In this document: positions 1 through 14,588 of the stretch, piece after piece
Position numbering within the stretch: the first letter of the stretch is position 1
How the letters are laid out: each line of letters opens with the position of its first letter
From: Eledone cirrhosa
Taxonomy: Eukaryota
Assembly (NCBI GenBank): GCA_964016885.1
Contig: OZ024743.1
Span: forward strand, 19,468,001-19,532,000
Reading direction: 5' to 3'
Length of the DNA: 64,000 bases
The notes under the pieces: generated by a model
Told to the model about the DNA's origin: nothing
Seen by the model: only the letters and a program-made list of their open reading frames with translations
Databases searched by the model: none
Program-made: the position numbers and the translations under genes

Positions 1-1703
1 TTATTATTTTTCATTACATACTCTCAATTAAGGAACAAAAACAAGCAAAATAGCATAAAAGCAACACACTAAGACGAGGTACTATATCAGGGCTTCGAGA
101 GGAAATAGTAACCGTATAATGTAAATAGTAGAGAAAAAGGAAGAACCTTGCCGTACTCGATCTGGGAGAACAAGCAGCAACATGTTTCATATCACATTCA
201 ATCCTGTTAAATTAAGGAATGGCACTGGGTAATGCAATCGTTGTTATGCGCGATTTCACCGTATTGTCACAGATAAAAGAATTTTGATCATATGTCAACT
301 TCATTCGAGCTGAGTTGATTCTGAGCAACAAAGCCCAACAACCAAATTTTTCTCTGTATTAATAATGTTACTAAAGGATTAAGAGTACGTAGATAAAATA
401 AAGCTGTAAATGTACAAATAATATTTATATAAAACAAATTATATTATTTGAATACCCTTCTTTTTTCGATATATTCTTATTTACCTCAGATTAAATTTAA
501 CAGAACAGAGCTATGATAAAAGACATTCTGTAAGTTATTTGGTATATTGCTTTTAGAAGAAAATTATCCAATTTGACTTTTTCAGTTTTTAGACGATGTT
601 TTGTTACGTATTTTACGAAGATTGCTGCTATCTCTAGTTTCTCGAGTGACCATCTTTTAAGGGTTGTATTCATCGTGTTGAAATATGCAGTTGTATGTAG
701 CGTAGAAGTTAATAGCACTATTTCAATTCAAGTTTACGTTGAACTTTATTTTAATTTACTTACTTTGATAATATCTTTCGAGAAGGCATAATCCTCACAA
801 CATAGCATTTCCTCTATTATATTTAAATAAATATATATATGGGTTCCTGCGATAAGTTGAAAAGAAATCAATACGTACGTATTCATTGCAATTTGTATTC
901 TTCTGTACCTAATAAGACAATTTCCTTTGTGTATGAAACCCAACATGTTACAAGTTTATTGACATGAGCCGTGCAACCATTTCTGCTACAATAAATACAA
1001 AAGATAATTATTTATAAATGTTTGATAATAAGTTTCCTTTAGAATGAATTGTGTCAGATTCTCTAAATTTCGAAATCAATCCTGGTTAAACTCAATGTAA
1101 GCAACAGTGCTTAATTTTATAAAGTGATTTATATATGCCACCTTAGGGAACTATTATCGACTATCTATTCTTAACGGAAAGAGCGCCAGATTCGAAAATA
1201 CATAGCCTTATAGCAGAAACTATAACAAGTCGGATAGCCTTATTAACATAACAACCCAATATACTGCAAAGTCTTTCCAATGGCTGTTAGCGAGGTTAAC
1301 AAAAAGGGTTTTATGAGCGTGTACACTTACATATATCAACATCCATTTCACTTCCTTTGTAAAAACATTGAAAATAGGTGGAGTTGCTGAAGATTTTAAA
1401 AAATAAAAGCTATGTATTTTGAGGTCTTCGATACTACTCAATTTATATTTTTGTAACTTATGTATTAGTATATTTCACAAATGCATATAAAGATACACAA
1501 TCAATATAAGGATCCGAATGTTTGAAGAGTACACGAAAATGTATGTTTAAATGGTGGGAAGTAGTCTGACCAAGTCTAGTCATGGTAAGTTCACCGATGC
1601 CAACTCTTCACTCTGAACTCTAAATGATCAAGTTTCATGAGGGGATATAACATGTAACCGTTGAAGTTTTCAAACATTAAATATAATATATATATACACT
1701 AAA

Positions 1704-1752
1704 TATAATTGTTTCTGCTTTTGGCACAAGGCCAGCAATTACCCAGTGTATT
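1704..1752 (-). mobile_element. 3' fragment of tRNA-derived SINE
   Basis: Reverse complement of SINE end GTAATACACTGGGTAATTGCTGGCCTTGTGCCAAAAGCAGAAACAATTAT, seen at 3170-3220 and 32361-32412. Confidence 0.7.
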
Positions 1753-2519
1753 ACGCAGCTCCGTCATCACGGCATTCTTGGTGGCTTCCACGACCGGAAA
1801 ACGGATGGTACTCGAGGATCCATGACTCATATTGAGGAGCTGTTAAGAAAAGCACGTAAAAAACATAAAATGACAGTAGAGAGCTGAAGTCGCAGTTATA
1901 TACTACCCAGATATTATGTCACTGGTGACACTACTGACGTACCTCGGATATTTCTGCGATGTAATCGCGATAAGCCTTCCTTGCAAACAGATAGCTTTTA
2001 AAAAGGACGACGTCGTTTAAAAACTAAAATGGAATGATGTAAACTCTCAAACACATTTCCAATATCAAATGTTTCTTTATAAAAAGTTCACACTCGTTTA
2101 TTTTAGGTTAATGGTGATATAAAACTATAAAATGAGCTTGAACATGTTTGAGTTTGTCTTGAAATGACGTCAGCATTTCTCGCAAATTGTGACAAACGTG
2201 CTCCGGAGATGTAGATCATCCCATAATGATCTATGACCAAAAGTTTTCGACTCCGAAATTTTACAATGTAGGAAAATACAAGAAGGTGTTGAAAACAAAT
2301 CATGCAGAATGATTGAAAATCCCAATGTAGTGAGAATGCGAGGAGGAAGAATCATTCAGATATTTGATGAAATGTCAGAAATTATATTTCTTTTTATATT
2401 TAAACTGAAATATCTTTAATTTTCCTTTCTCTCTCACTCCCGCTGTACCCCTCTCACACATATATACACAATCATACTTATCTCTATTTCTTCCCGTGTA
2501 TACATGCACTAACAAACGT

Positions 2520-2586
<67 letters not shown>

Positions 2587-3018
2587 AATATTTCGAAGAT
2601 TGTGTTTCGTTATTTCGTGGGCCGAAGTTCCGATTCTCGATAATTTATTTGTATATATATATATATATATATATGCATATGTGTGCTTATGTAACTGGGT
2701 ATATAAATATAAATGAAAATAGAGAAAATAGAGACATTAATGTGAGCAAGAAGCCAACAGTAATTCATAATATATAAGTGACTATTACGTCAAGATGGAA
2801 AATATTTAACGTAAGATATGGGAAAATAATTCAATCTCAATTCAAAAAAAGTCAAGACAGAAATTTTATCCACAGATTTTGTTTAATCCAGGGAAAAAAA
2901 CCAATAGAGTATTAACTCAGAATAAAATTAAGGGTAAATACTTATCCTTCAATTTGGAATAGTTGTCGTAAGGTTGCAATTAAATGCGTCCGTAGGCAGT
3001 ATGCCATTTGAGCAATCG

Positions 3019-3080
3019 ATGCTCGCGCAGAGCAGAGTATATTATTATAGATAATGATATACTCTGCTCTGCGCGAGCAT
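3019..3080. repeat. Near-perfect 62-bp palindrome (30-bp arms, 2-nt loop) fused to a 5'-truncated SINE
   Basis: ATGCTCGCGCAGAGCAGAGTATATTATTAT-AG-ATAATGATATACTCTGCTCTGCGCGAGCAT, one G-T mismatch. Confidence 0.9.
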
Positions 3081-3220
3081 AGAGTTACGTCCCTTTACGA
3101 TCTGAGTTCAAATCCCGCCGAGGTTGACTTTGCCTTTCTTCCTTCCGGGGTCGATAAAATAAAGTACCAGTAATGCACTGGGTAATGGCTGGCCTTGTGC
3201 CTAAAGTAAAAACAATTATT
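3077..3220 (+). mobile_element. tRNA-derived SINE (5'-truncated)
   Basis: B box GAGTTCAAATCC, core GCCTTTC-TCCTT-CGGGGTCGATAAAATAAAGTACCAGT, (ATT)n tail; many copies in window. Confidence 0.85.
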
Positions 3221-3330
3221 ACAGATAATGAGGAATCAGTGATGCATCAAAACACAATTTATTAATATATTACACATGTTCTCCGACGATCAGGTAAAGG
3301 CAGGATCTGTAATAGATCCTGCCTAAATAA

Positions 3331-3383
<53 letters not shown>

Positions 3384-4530
3384 TGTGTGTGTGTGTGTGT
3401 GAATAATTTGTTTTAGCCCGTGAGCGTATGTGAGCGATGTGCATTGCGAGCCAGTGTATCTGTGTTTTTATGTCACCAGAATTTTTATGTCACCACAATT
3501 GGGCGTGCCTGTTTGTTATTACGAGTTCAAGTAGTCATGGATATTCTAATTTTATCCATATCTTACAATATTTAAGTAAATGAAAAATAAGGAGATATTT
3601 CTATTCTAGCATTAGCTCGGTTAAGAAGAGATTTATTTATTAACTCAACTGGTTTCACCTAAATAATTCCCGATGATCCAGAAGATTACATTTTCTCGTA
3701 AGTATTTTTCACATTACATAGAAGACCATATCGTGTGGACACCATCATTCTGACGGCGGCACTTAATTTTACAAGAACATCCATAAATTCATACCGATCA
3801 AACTACTTAAGAACTGCTACCAGGCCTATTAGTTCTGGATAGACACACACAGGCACAAGGACACACATACACCATTATATATATATATAGAGAGAGAGAG
3901 AGAGAAAGAGAGATGGCGGGGTATGTATAGATACATACAGAGGATGCAGAATGGGTAAAATAAATAAAAGTAAAGAACAATGTAAATTTACTTATAAATA
4001 TTACCAATTTATTAGTCGTTTTAGAAATTGATATTTATTTTTTGGGAGCACAGTAAATTGCCTTCATAGTTAATCAGAAAAGTAGGCCCACTTTAGAATA
4101 AACACATACATGAAAAAATATATATCTACATATAAAAACAGAGAAAACTAAATTGCAATAAGCATAGATACAAAAAGTAATATGCACGAGAAAGTATAAC
4201 ATAATAGTAAAAATATTTAACACAAAAAGAAAACTACCATTATCTCAAAGAAAATTGATAAAAGTAAAAAATGGAGATTCTATTTGATTAATTTCCTGCG
4301 TTGTGCTTGAAGAAATATGGTAATATTATATTTCCTTCTCTCTGTATTGTTGATAATGTACAAGAAATTGAGAGTGAAAACCTCAAGCAATTTGATAAGC
4401 TACAATAACAAGCATGAGATAATTGTAGTGCTTATTACACATTCCCACACATACATAGCATTCATAGGAACAGAAATACATGAATATGTAAATGTAACTA
4501 CATGCATATATACATACTTATACACACATG

Positions 4531-4579
<49 letters not shown>

Positions 4580-4656
4580 ATACATATATATACACATATA
4601 TATGTATATATGTATATATATTATATGTGTGTGTACATATATATATATATTATTAA

Positions 4657-4747
<91 letters not shown>

Positions 4748-4899
4748 ATGTTAATGTATGCATATACGTGTATGTGGTGGGCGTGTATGTAATTTATCGT
4801 ATACACTGATACAGAAATATTTAATGTTTATTTATATTACTTATTTTACATATTATCTTCCATATATATACATATACTTATATATACATATTGCATCTG

Positions 4900-4943
<44 letters not shown>

Positions 4944-5046
4944 CTGGTGTTTATAACTAAATTCCTGTACTTCAAATTCGTAGCCATTCTTGACGTCCGT
5001 ATATGTGTGTGCGTCTGTATGAGTGTGTGTGATTGGGTGTATCTGC

Positions 5047-5080
<34 letters not shown>

Positions 5081-5699
5081 GTGTGTGTGTGCGCGCGCGT
5101 ATCTTTGTGCATCTATTTTCATAATGATTTTCTTTCTACATTTATTGTAGCAACCATTTTAAAATGTAACCAAAATAATAATAAAAATGTTGATCAAATC
5201 TTGAGATATCGTATACTTAGTAATGGAAAATTCGCATGGCAAACGAAATGTATACAGCTACATTATTTGATTCATAATCAAGTCAAATGTTTTGTTATCA
5301 TTTTCTCTTGTGCTCTAGCAAGCTTTTGTGTTACGTTTCTATTTTACTTATTTCGTTTTGTTGTATTTTATTTTGTAGTTGCTACTGGTTAAATCTAAAT
5401 TCAGAGTTTCTTTACTGATTTCATATGTCGACAAGGTAGATTATAAAGTTTCCAAAATGGAGGAAAGTGAAAAAAAGAGATTTGCTTGTCTTGAAATCCA
5501 TTACGTAACCATATATTATACAGATATTACGTTGCTGATTGTAGACTGTGAAGATTTTTTCCAGCATATTATAAACAGTACTTAGCAATATTTTCAATAC
5601 AATGTTTCAATTTGAAGTGATGGGGATTGTTTGATTCAAAGCTTCATTTCTTTCATGTATCCCTTCTATAATATTATTGATGCGTTGCATCATAGAGCG

Positions 5700-6920
5700 G
5701 GTAGGGTGTAAATTTGGCTTCGGTGTGACTCTGATCAATTTAGATCAATCGAAACCTTTTACGACCAGCAATACCTGGAGGTTGTCCTCAAGGCAGCTGG
5801 CTACGGTCCCATCTTCAGATGCTGGATCACTACAATGCACAGCGGCATCTGCTTGATGGTCAAATTTAATGGTCATCTTTCGGAACCGTTTCAGATCTCC
5901 TGATTGGTCCGTCAAGGGCGCTCTCTCTCCTCATTTCTTATATATTGACTCACGAACCGTTACCACGTAAACTGAAGCTGATGCAGGGCATTTAGCTCGA
6001 ACGGGGATGTGGAAAAGCTGTGTTTTCATATGCAGACATCCGCGTAATGGTGTCGAACACCTTGGAAATCGATGTGGTCCGCAAATTCTTGGAGGAATAT
6101 GAAAGGTTAACGAGAGCAAAACTAAAGGTGGAAACGTCGTTAGGCCCCTGGAGAAACAAGTCCGTGCCGTCCAACAGTATCTCTGGTGCTGAACGAATGG
6201 ACGAGTAAAGTTCCTCGGGGTTTGGGTCAGACCAAACATCCAGGTGGATAAGAATTCGGACGATGTTACGATCGATCAGGGTAGCTATTCTCACCAAGAA
6301 ATGGACCGACATGAAGCTGTCCCCGACCGCCGTGCATTGCCGTCGTTCACGCCTCGCCAATTTGGAACGCCTACTTTTCAACGTTTTATGGAGGGGACAG
6401 GTTCTGTTGGTGAGGCACTTCATCTGCTGCCAGCAGCCTCTACGCGCAGGAATGGGCATTCCGTGGTTAATGATGCGCAAACAACGATGAGGCTGCGGAC
6501 AGACACTTTACTCTTCGGATAATCCCTCGTCGACTTTTTCAAATTTCACTTAGAAAGCAAGGTGAGAGTTTAGAGAGGATTGCTACCCAGTAAACTCTCT
6601 AAAAGATGGGTGAATATGGCGAGAATGGTCCATTTTAATTGGTCTACTCTGAGCATAGTCCTGCAGGCTGTTTGATTAGAGGGAGAGAAGGTTCTTACCC
6701 GGGTGCCCTTGAGGAGTTTGGTATTTCGGGATTTGTGGAGTACCTCAGTCGCCCCTGTGTGGCTCTCCACCCTATTGGAGAATTTTACTTTTGAATTTTT
6801 TTATTAATTATTTTTGTTAATTTATTTATACTCGATGGTTCCTGTAACCCTTGCCCCCGTCTCCGTCCATTGTATTTTCATCTACATATAGATACTTGTG
6901 GCCAATAAAGAAATGATTAT
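5700..6920 (+). mobile_element. Degenerate 3' part of Tx1/L1-like LINE (same family as 32651-37600)
   Basis: Nucleotide similarity to 35684-37600 (FSYADI vs PSYADD; CCQQPLRAGMGIPWLMMR; shared 3' end TGTGGCCAATAAAG); frameshifts and internal deletion. Confidence 0.85.
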
Positions 6921-8932
6921 TGGAATCTCAGTCAGTGATGTTATTTAACTGGATAGTTTGTTCAAATGAACATCAAGCCTCTACCTGCAGCCTCAGATAT
7001 TCAGGACGTATGTGGGGGGGGGGGGGTCTTGCTATTCCGAGCAAGCATGCCTTTTGAAGTGTTCCAGGGGTGAACGTCTTGTGAAGCACGACAGTAGATC
7101 GTGATTTTGTTGATATTTCTAGTAGACCATGCTAACAGCATAAAGCATTATCTTGGTTTTCACGAAATATTTTCTCCGTATTTCTGTATATTTTTAATAA
7201 AACACGTCAGTGCGGTCATACTCTATCACTTATTTACTTTTTTTGTAGAGATAAAAACTTTTAGTATCACTTTGACTTGATTGGATAACCGTACCCAAAA
7301 TAATAAATAAGTAAACAATAAACAAACTAATCAGAAAATAGTTCTGACGTTATCGAGCAAATAAATAAACATAGGTGTTGTATTTGTGACCTTCCTGTCA
7401 TATACGTCAGACATATCGTTTCTAGGACTACATTAAATAATGTGCATTTTTTATTTTATGAAATGGTGGAATGTGAGCAGCTGGAGAGTATGTAATATTT
7501 CTGACAAGCAACCACGTAAATATCTTTTATATATGAGTTCTATAGTTTTATTTATTTGTTTATCCATCCCCTTCTAAACTTGAGTTAAAACATATTTTTT
7601 CTGTTTCGAAAGCCAGAGAAGAACAGAACTAATTCTACCACCTTACATCACCTTTTCCACGACATACTGTGAAAATATGAGGGGGTAATGATCTGGTTAT
7701 GTGGTTTACAATAATTGTTATGTATTTCGGATGAAAGCATGTGTGTGGACGTAAAACGTTCAATTTGCAACCAGTTGTTCAATTCGACTAACCAACATAT
7801 TGGTTACAGGTTTCTACTATAGACACATATTAATAAATACATCGTCAGTAGAATTTGCTACGTCTAGAAACGCAGTGAGCCATTTTAAACATGTAACTAG
7901 CGATTCTAATGATCATCAATTGTTATAGACCAACCAGAATAAAGGAATGATCCCTAGTATTTGTTTTAGCTCTCTATCAATCTAAGTTTGTTCACTCTCC
8001 TACCAACCATCTTGTTCAAAAGCGATTGTAGAATTCTAATTCAACTATTTCTATTGTATATCGATATGTACATAGCTAGATATGTTTGCTCGTTATGAGT
8101 TGAGCTGGGTGAATTTAAATTCGATGTTTCTCTAGTGAAACATTATCTTTTATATTACTAATCCAATTGAGGTAGATCTTGTATTACAATACACATGAGT
8201 TGGTACAGCAGTTAGAGTTACGATTCCTATCAATTAAATGGACAATCTCTTATAATAGCTAATATAAAATCTCTTACAATCTCTTATAATAGCTAATGCA
8301 ATTGCAAATATTATAATCAAGAAAACTGGTTGAATTTAGAATAAACAAAATGCCTTACCAAATGCCATATGGAATATAGTTACGCCTGTGTAAGTTATCA
8401 GTTGAAATCATAGAACTGATTCAACATTTCATGTTTTCAAATGTTCTAGATAATTAATATCAGTATTATATTGTAGAATTTCACAGAGAAGATCTTTGTG
8501 AGACACGTACGTTATCACTATTATTAAAAGGAAAATGCTTAAGACATAAATCCTACTTTATAGTAAAGCAGTGGATAAAATACCTTATATTTTGTAGTTT
8601 CACCTCATTCCATTCCCTGATAAATGTTTGTCTATATCGACATTTAATGATGTTATCACGGAATTAAGATAAGTCAGCGAGAAGTGATATTAAAATTATA
8701 AATAAAGGAGACCATAGAGATTTAGCGAGAGGGAAGAGATTCTTATATATTACGCCACCTTTTTCAAACGTTCGGGCAAACCAAAAACATATCCAAAGAC
8801 GACAATAAACTCTTTAGAAAAGCACAATGAATTAATTCAACAAGCATGTTTACCGCCTTGTAATAATGTACCTGAACACCTTTCTGCATCAATTTAACTA
8901 AATCCTGAAGAGCTTCTTTTCTAACTAGATAT

Positions 8933-9500
8933 ATACGGCCGAAATGTTTATAGCTCGCCCAAGATGATCTAGTGTATTGTGAACAAATGAGGTTTATTTT
9001 TCAACATAGTCCCCCTTGAAATCCACACACTTTGTCCATTGGTGTCGCTGTGCTTTGATCCAATTGGTGAAGAAGCTTTCATCGCGTTGGTATGTGCCCA
9101 GCCAAGTTATTTTTATGTCAATGAACAGATGATAGTCAGATGGGGACAAGTCCAGGAAAATAGGGACGGTGAAGTAACAGATCACAGCCACTTAAACGAT
9201 AACTTGCGTGCTGAAGCATTGTCCGGGTGAAACAAGATTCCTTTCGTCAGTTTTCTGGGCGTTTGGTCAGGTAGCATTTTTTAACTGCGTTCGGAAAGTT
9301 GACTTAGTACTCTCAATTGATGATGTGACCCTTTTGAAGATAGTCAATGAACACTATGTTTTGCATCCTAAAAAACTTGGCCTTCTTTGGAGCAGGTGAT
9401 TCGGTGTTTCTCTTTTTCTCTGGCTCAATGTGATGCACCTAACACTCGTGTTGAGTCATGAAACCTTCAAGGAAACCAGCCGGATCACTCTCAGACAGTG
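8933..9500 (-). mobile_element. Mariner-type DNA transposon relic (transposase C-terminus)
   Basis: ORF 8994-9191 has DLSPSDYHLF and WTKCVDFKGDYVEK*, matching the mariner YSPDLAPxDY...W..CV...GxY.E C-terminus. Confidence 0.8.
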
Positions 9501-10750
9501 TCTTAGATGTATTTCTTATACCAGGAATGAAATCACCTTCACGGTGAATTATGTTTAGTGATGGAACCGTATTACAAGGATTAACAACTGGCAGCCATAT
9601 ATTCTCTTGACTACCACAATGTATAGGAACTTATCACATATTTCTCCGATGAAATATGCGAATAAAAAACATTGTAACAAAATTAAAATTAAATTAAAAT
9701 AAACGTTTTCATATGTATTCTACTTTTTTACACGTTTTTGGTTTGGATGAAGACCGAGAACATCATTGGCAATAGACTCTGCCATGACACTTATAAATTC
9801 CCGAGGGAGATCCGATGCTTCTTGGATTGCTGTAGATATAAAGTTAATCCCAGACAGAATCCCTGATCCAATAACTTGCATGCAAGTAGGTCCACGTAAG
9901 GCATCAAATAGCTTGATTGATGTTAAACCGAGGATGGATAAAGTCAAACACAGTTCGCACCTACATAAGTTTACCATTAGGCAGCAGAGGTACACCTGAA
10001 GTTGTGTAGAAGAGATGCGTTAGAGGTTATTCAGTTATATCGTGGAGCAACACGATTCTGAAGCTAACTTCTTAATCACACAGTAATGTCTGCGTCCGAA
10101 TTGAAGTAGCGCCATATTTTCTCAATTAATGGTTCACATATTATCGATCATGTTGAGTTGAAAGGCAAAGCTGGTTGCCGCGATTAGTAATTCAATTTTG
10201 TACGTTAAACAAAACTAAATATTGCATACCGTTTAAGACGATTGCTTATATTTTCATCCATTTCCTCGGGCTTATAAAACCACCCAGAAAGTATTTTTCT
10301 TATTATAATAACAATAAGAAATAAGTCTTACTATATATGAATCTAAATGTTTGTGTTTAATATCTCCCAAGTAGGTTAGCGATATGAATAATATTAAATG
10401 GCAAAAACTGGCAACAAAAGAAGGATTTATAAAGTAAAGATGGATAATACTTTCTGGCACCAACAACAATGAGACCTGAGACATAGATCAGCCATAGTTT
10501 TCTTAACATATACAATTTTCCTTACATTTCTGTATCCTTTGACATAAGAAAAAGGTATCAACCGCTCTGTGGGGGTAAGGGGTTGTTTAGGGTCTGCACA
10601 AAATGTAACAGCTACACTGACCACACACAAACGCATACAGCAATACCCATTAAAGAGTTTATGTGCATATACATATATACATACATATAGATACATATAT
10701 ATATACATACCTGGTCCCTTACCACAGTGCCTTCGTTATATATATATATA

Positions 10751-11135
10751 AGTTAAAACAATGAAATAAAAATTCAAATAAAAAGCAATGAAAATTTTAT
10801 TCAAAATCAATGAAAATTTCCATTGCATTTGACAACGGCTGATGATATACATGTATGTAAATATATTCCTTATTTTATATTTTGTAAATAACCCTACATA
10901 GACCCTAACGAAATATGCGTACGATATATTATTATCACCTAGAAACGATCGTAAAGCAGTGAAGTATATTTCTAATTACTTAAATTTTTATTTCATTGTT
11001 TTAAATTTATGATGACACTATTTTCCTTTTGATGTTTTATTGTTTTCCGGGATTTATTTTAACCTAGAACATTTTCAACATATGGATTACATTGAGTTCT
11101 TCATGCAGACTAGACCCCACAACTAACTGTGGATA
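10751..11135 (+). mobile_element. Small (TA)n-inserted element with short inverted arm and decayed HHR-like motif
   Basis: TTAAAACAATGAAATAAAAATT (10754) inverted at ~10984-11005; CTGATGA 10839-10845 and GAAATATGCGTA 10910-10921 with stems degraded. Confidence 0.4.
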
Positions 11136-11139
11136 TTAC

Positions 11140-11558
<419 letters not shown>

Positions 11559-11596
11559 TATTAAATAAATGGAAACTATATTTATAAAACCATATT

Positions 11597-11662
11597 TATT
11601 TCATTATATATATTTCGGGGATATCATATTAACAATATGCTATGCCTTCCTCAGACAAAATA
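11597..11662 (-). ncRNA. Type I hammerhead ribozyme (inverted pLTR copy)
   Basis: Reverse complement of 15952-16017. Confidence 0.75.
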
Positions 11663-12368
11663 CAATATAAACAGTTTTATAGATAAATAGATTCGACATA
11701 CCGTAACACCGACTTGCATTTGGAGAGGTTGAGCTGGCAGTGAACAAATTTTACACAGAGAGAAAGAAAGAGAGAAAAAAGAAAGAAAGACAGAAAACGA
11801 AGAAAAGGAAGAAAAAGAAGAAATGCATGGAATAAAGTAGAGAGATGGAGAGATAGATAAGGAGAAGAACTTCATGTAAAGAAACAGAGAGATATATATA
11901 TATAGAGAGAGAGAGGAAATAGAGATAGATACATATATATAGAGAAAATTAGGTAGTGGGAGGTCAGTTGAGTAAATGTATCAATGGTACATTTATTTAT
12001 TTATTTATTTATTTATTTAGCTCTAGTATTAATGTAAGGGAGATATATATATATAGAGAGAGAAAAAATAGCGAGAGAAAAAATTTAAAAAAATTTAAAA
12101 AATAGCCAGATATATTCGAGGCGTAAAAAAACCCAATGTTTTAATGTATTAGTATTTATAAAACTTCCACTATATTGTAAATATCAGTATTCCTGAATGA
12201 GACAAGTATCCATAGTGTGTGAAAATTAATTATCTTACGTTTAGTTTTTTAAAAAATTCCTATGTTTATGTGATAGCTACAAACATGTTGTAACCCAACA
12301 ATTTTAAATATAACTTTCCATGTATCTTGCTCCAATACTGTTGAGCGCTTTATATTATAACTGGAAAA

Positions 12369-14588
12369 ATGGAATTCTTTAAGATTACTTCCTCTCTAAA
12401 AGACATACCTCTATCTAGAAACAAAGACTTTATAAAACAATTAATAGATAAATCTGACTCTTTTATCAGGAGAATCAGGTGGCGTGCATTCCACTTTGAT
12501 AAATCTAATGCAAACGAAAATGTCTCGGACTTAAACAAAGTTTTCAAATCTAAAAGAAATCCACCCCCTAACAAACTTTTATCTGACTTTGAAAACGATA
12601 TAATTTCTATCATACAAGGGGTCAAATTCAAGAGAAACTTCAAAGGCCAGGAATATCTGAAAGGCATTAAGGATAACATTGAGAGCTTAGAGAAAACTGA
12701 GAAGATCTTGGTGAAATCTGACAAGACCAACAACCTCTATGGAGTGCAGAAAGACATGTATAATGGCCTCATACTGAACGAGCTGAGGAAAAAGTACAAG
12801 GTAGCAGATAAAGCCGAACTTGAGAAAATGAATGTCGAAGCATCTTGTATAATGCACGAGTTGGAAATTGAGAACAGAACACAACCTTTCGTGCCCAGGA
12901 AACCGAAGATCAATATGAAGGATCACAAGAGGAATTTTGAAAATGACCTGCCAGTTAGATTGATCGCACCATCAAAATCGGACCTGGGCAAATTAAGCAA
13001 AAACATTCTTGACAGGGTGATACAGCAAATTAAGAACTTGGATTGTGTATCTAACCTGAGCTTGTGGAAGGGAACTGGAGAGGTTGTTGAGTGGTTTAAG
13101 CAAATTAAATATAACAATAATAATAGGTTTATTCAACTTGATATAGCTAACTATTATTCTTCTATTACCCCTGGTCTACTAAATAAGGCACTAAATTACG
13201 CATTCAAACATACTGACCTAACTAGCAAAGAAATGCATATTATATTATCGGCTAGGAAAACTTTGATAGAATTTAATGACAAATTATGGACCAGAGCAGA
13301 TAGAGATAGCAATTTTGACATAACTATGGGATCATCCGACTCAGCTCAGGTAACTGACCTTGTGGGCTTATTTTTAATCAATTCGCTGCATAGGAAAATA
13401 CCTGGTACTACCGGAGGTTTATATAGGGATGACATGCTTTTACTTATTAATAATAATAACCCTGAACTAAATAGAAAATGTAAACAAATTACAAAATTTT
13501 TTAATTACTTTAATCTTAAAATAGAAATTGAGAACAACCATAGAATAGTCAATTTCCTAGATATAACATTAAATCTCAACACATGTCTCCACTATCCTTT
13601 TCACAAGTTGAATGAAAACTTAAACTATGTCAACTTTAACTCTAACCACCCCAGATCTGTCAAAAACACTATTGTAAACTCTGTTCAAAAACGTATCTCT
13701 AGGATCTCGTCGAATAGAAAGATTTTCGACGAAAAGGCCCAATACTATAATGAAGCATTAGCTAGAGCAGGATATGCTGATAAGATTGTGTACATAGATA
13801 ATGATAGACAAACTAAACAAAGTAACAACTTTTTTAATTACGGCAACACCCTTAACAACTATAATAGAAAGCATTACAATAATTCCAAAGGCCAAAAAAG
13901 AAATAGAACTAGGAACATAATTTGGTTTGCCCCCCCCCCCCCTTTCTCACTAAACATTAAAACCCACATCGCTAAACTATTTTTCAAAGCTCTTGATAAT
14001 CGCTTCCCTAGAACACATAGGTATCACTCAATTTTCAATAGGCATACAATTAAATTAACCTACTCATCCACCAAAAATTTAGCACAAAATATTAATAGAA
14101 TAAATAATAGGAACTTAAAACCTAGTGATAATAGCATAAATAATATACAAGTTAACAAATGTAACTGTAGAGATAGATCTAAATGTCCGTTAAATAACAA
14201 CTGCTTAGTTAAAAATATAGTATACAATTGTAATGTTAATACTGACTCTAATTCTTTTAACTACGTCGGTTCCACATCGACGGAATTTAAACTTCGCTAT
14301 AATAACCACAAGAATTCTTTCACAGATCCAAGCAAAAAATCTTCAACGGCACTATCAGGCGTACTCTGGCAACTTAAGCTAGATAACGTTAGATATTCGA
14401 CGGCTTGGAATATAGTCTCAAGAGGGATTCCTTTTAATTCATCCTCTGAGACATGTGACCTCTGCGCAGAGGAGATATTCTTTATACTAAAATCTAAAAA
14501 TTCCCTTAATCTACGGACAAATTTATTCAGTTGTTGCAAACATAGATTAAACTCAACGTTTAAATATAAATTTAAATTTAAAATGTAG
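12369..14588 (+). CDS. PLE reverse transcriptase + GIY-YIG endonuclease, 739 aa, uninterrupted
   Basis: SDKT motif, KDHK..F...PVRLI, FIQLDIANYY, ITMGS, GGLYRDD, VNFLDITL, CNCR..CPL...C linker, IVYNC...NYVGST..FKLRY.NH GIY-YIG, CDLC..E and terminal CKH. Confidence 0.95.
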   Translation: MEFFKITSSLKDIPLSRNKDFIKQLIDKSDSFIRRIRWRAFHFDKSNANENVSDLNKVFKSKRNPPPNKLLSDFENDIISIIQGVKFKRNFKGQEYLKGIKDNIESLEKTEKILVKSDKTNNLYGVQKDMYNGLILNELRKKYKVADKAELEKMNVEASCIMHELEIENRTQPFVPRKPKINMKDHKRNFENDLPVRLIAPSKSDLGKLSKNILDRVIQQIKNLDCVSNLSLWKGTGEVVEWFKQIKYNNNNRFIQLDIANYYSSITPGLLNKALNYAFKHTDLTSKEMHIILSARKTLIEFNDKLWTRADRDSNFDITMGSSDSAQVTDLVGLFLINSLHRKIPGTTGGLYRDDMLLLINNNNPELNRKCKQITKFFNYFNLKIEIENNHRIVNFLDITLNLNTCLHYPFHKLNENLNYVNFNSNHPRSVKNTIVNSVQKRISRISSNRKIFDEKAQYYNEALARAGYADKIVYIDNDRQTKQSNNFFNYGNTLNNYNRKHYNNSKGQKRNRTRNIIWFAPPPPFSLNIKTHIAKLFFKALDNRFPRTHRYHSIFNRHTIKLTYSSTKNLAQNINRINNRNLKPSDNSINNIQVNKCNCRDRSKCPLNNNCLVKNIVYNCNVNTDSNSFNYVGSTSTEFKLRYNNHKNSFTDPSKKSSTALSGVLWQLKLDNVRYSTAWNIVSRGIPFNSSSETCDLCAEEIFFILKSKNSLNLRTNLFSCCKHRLNSTFKYKFKFKM

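Noticed and set aside
2103-2370. Possible Tc1/mariner C-terminal relic
   Set aside because: Similarity too faint to support by eye
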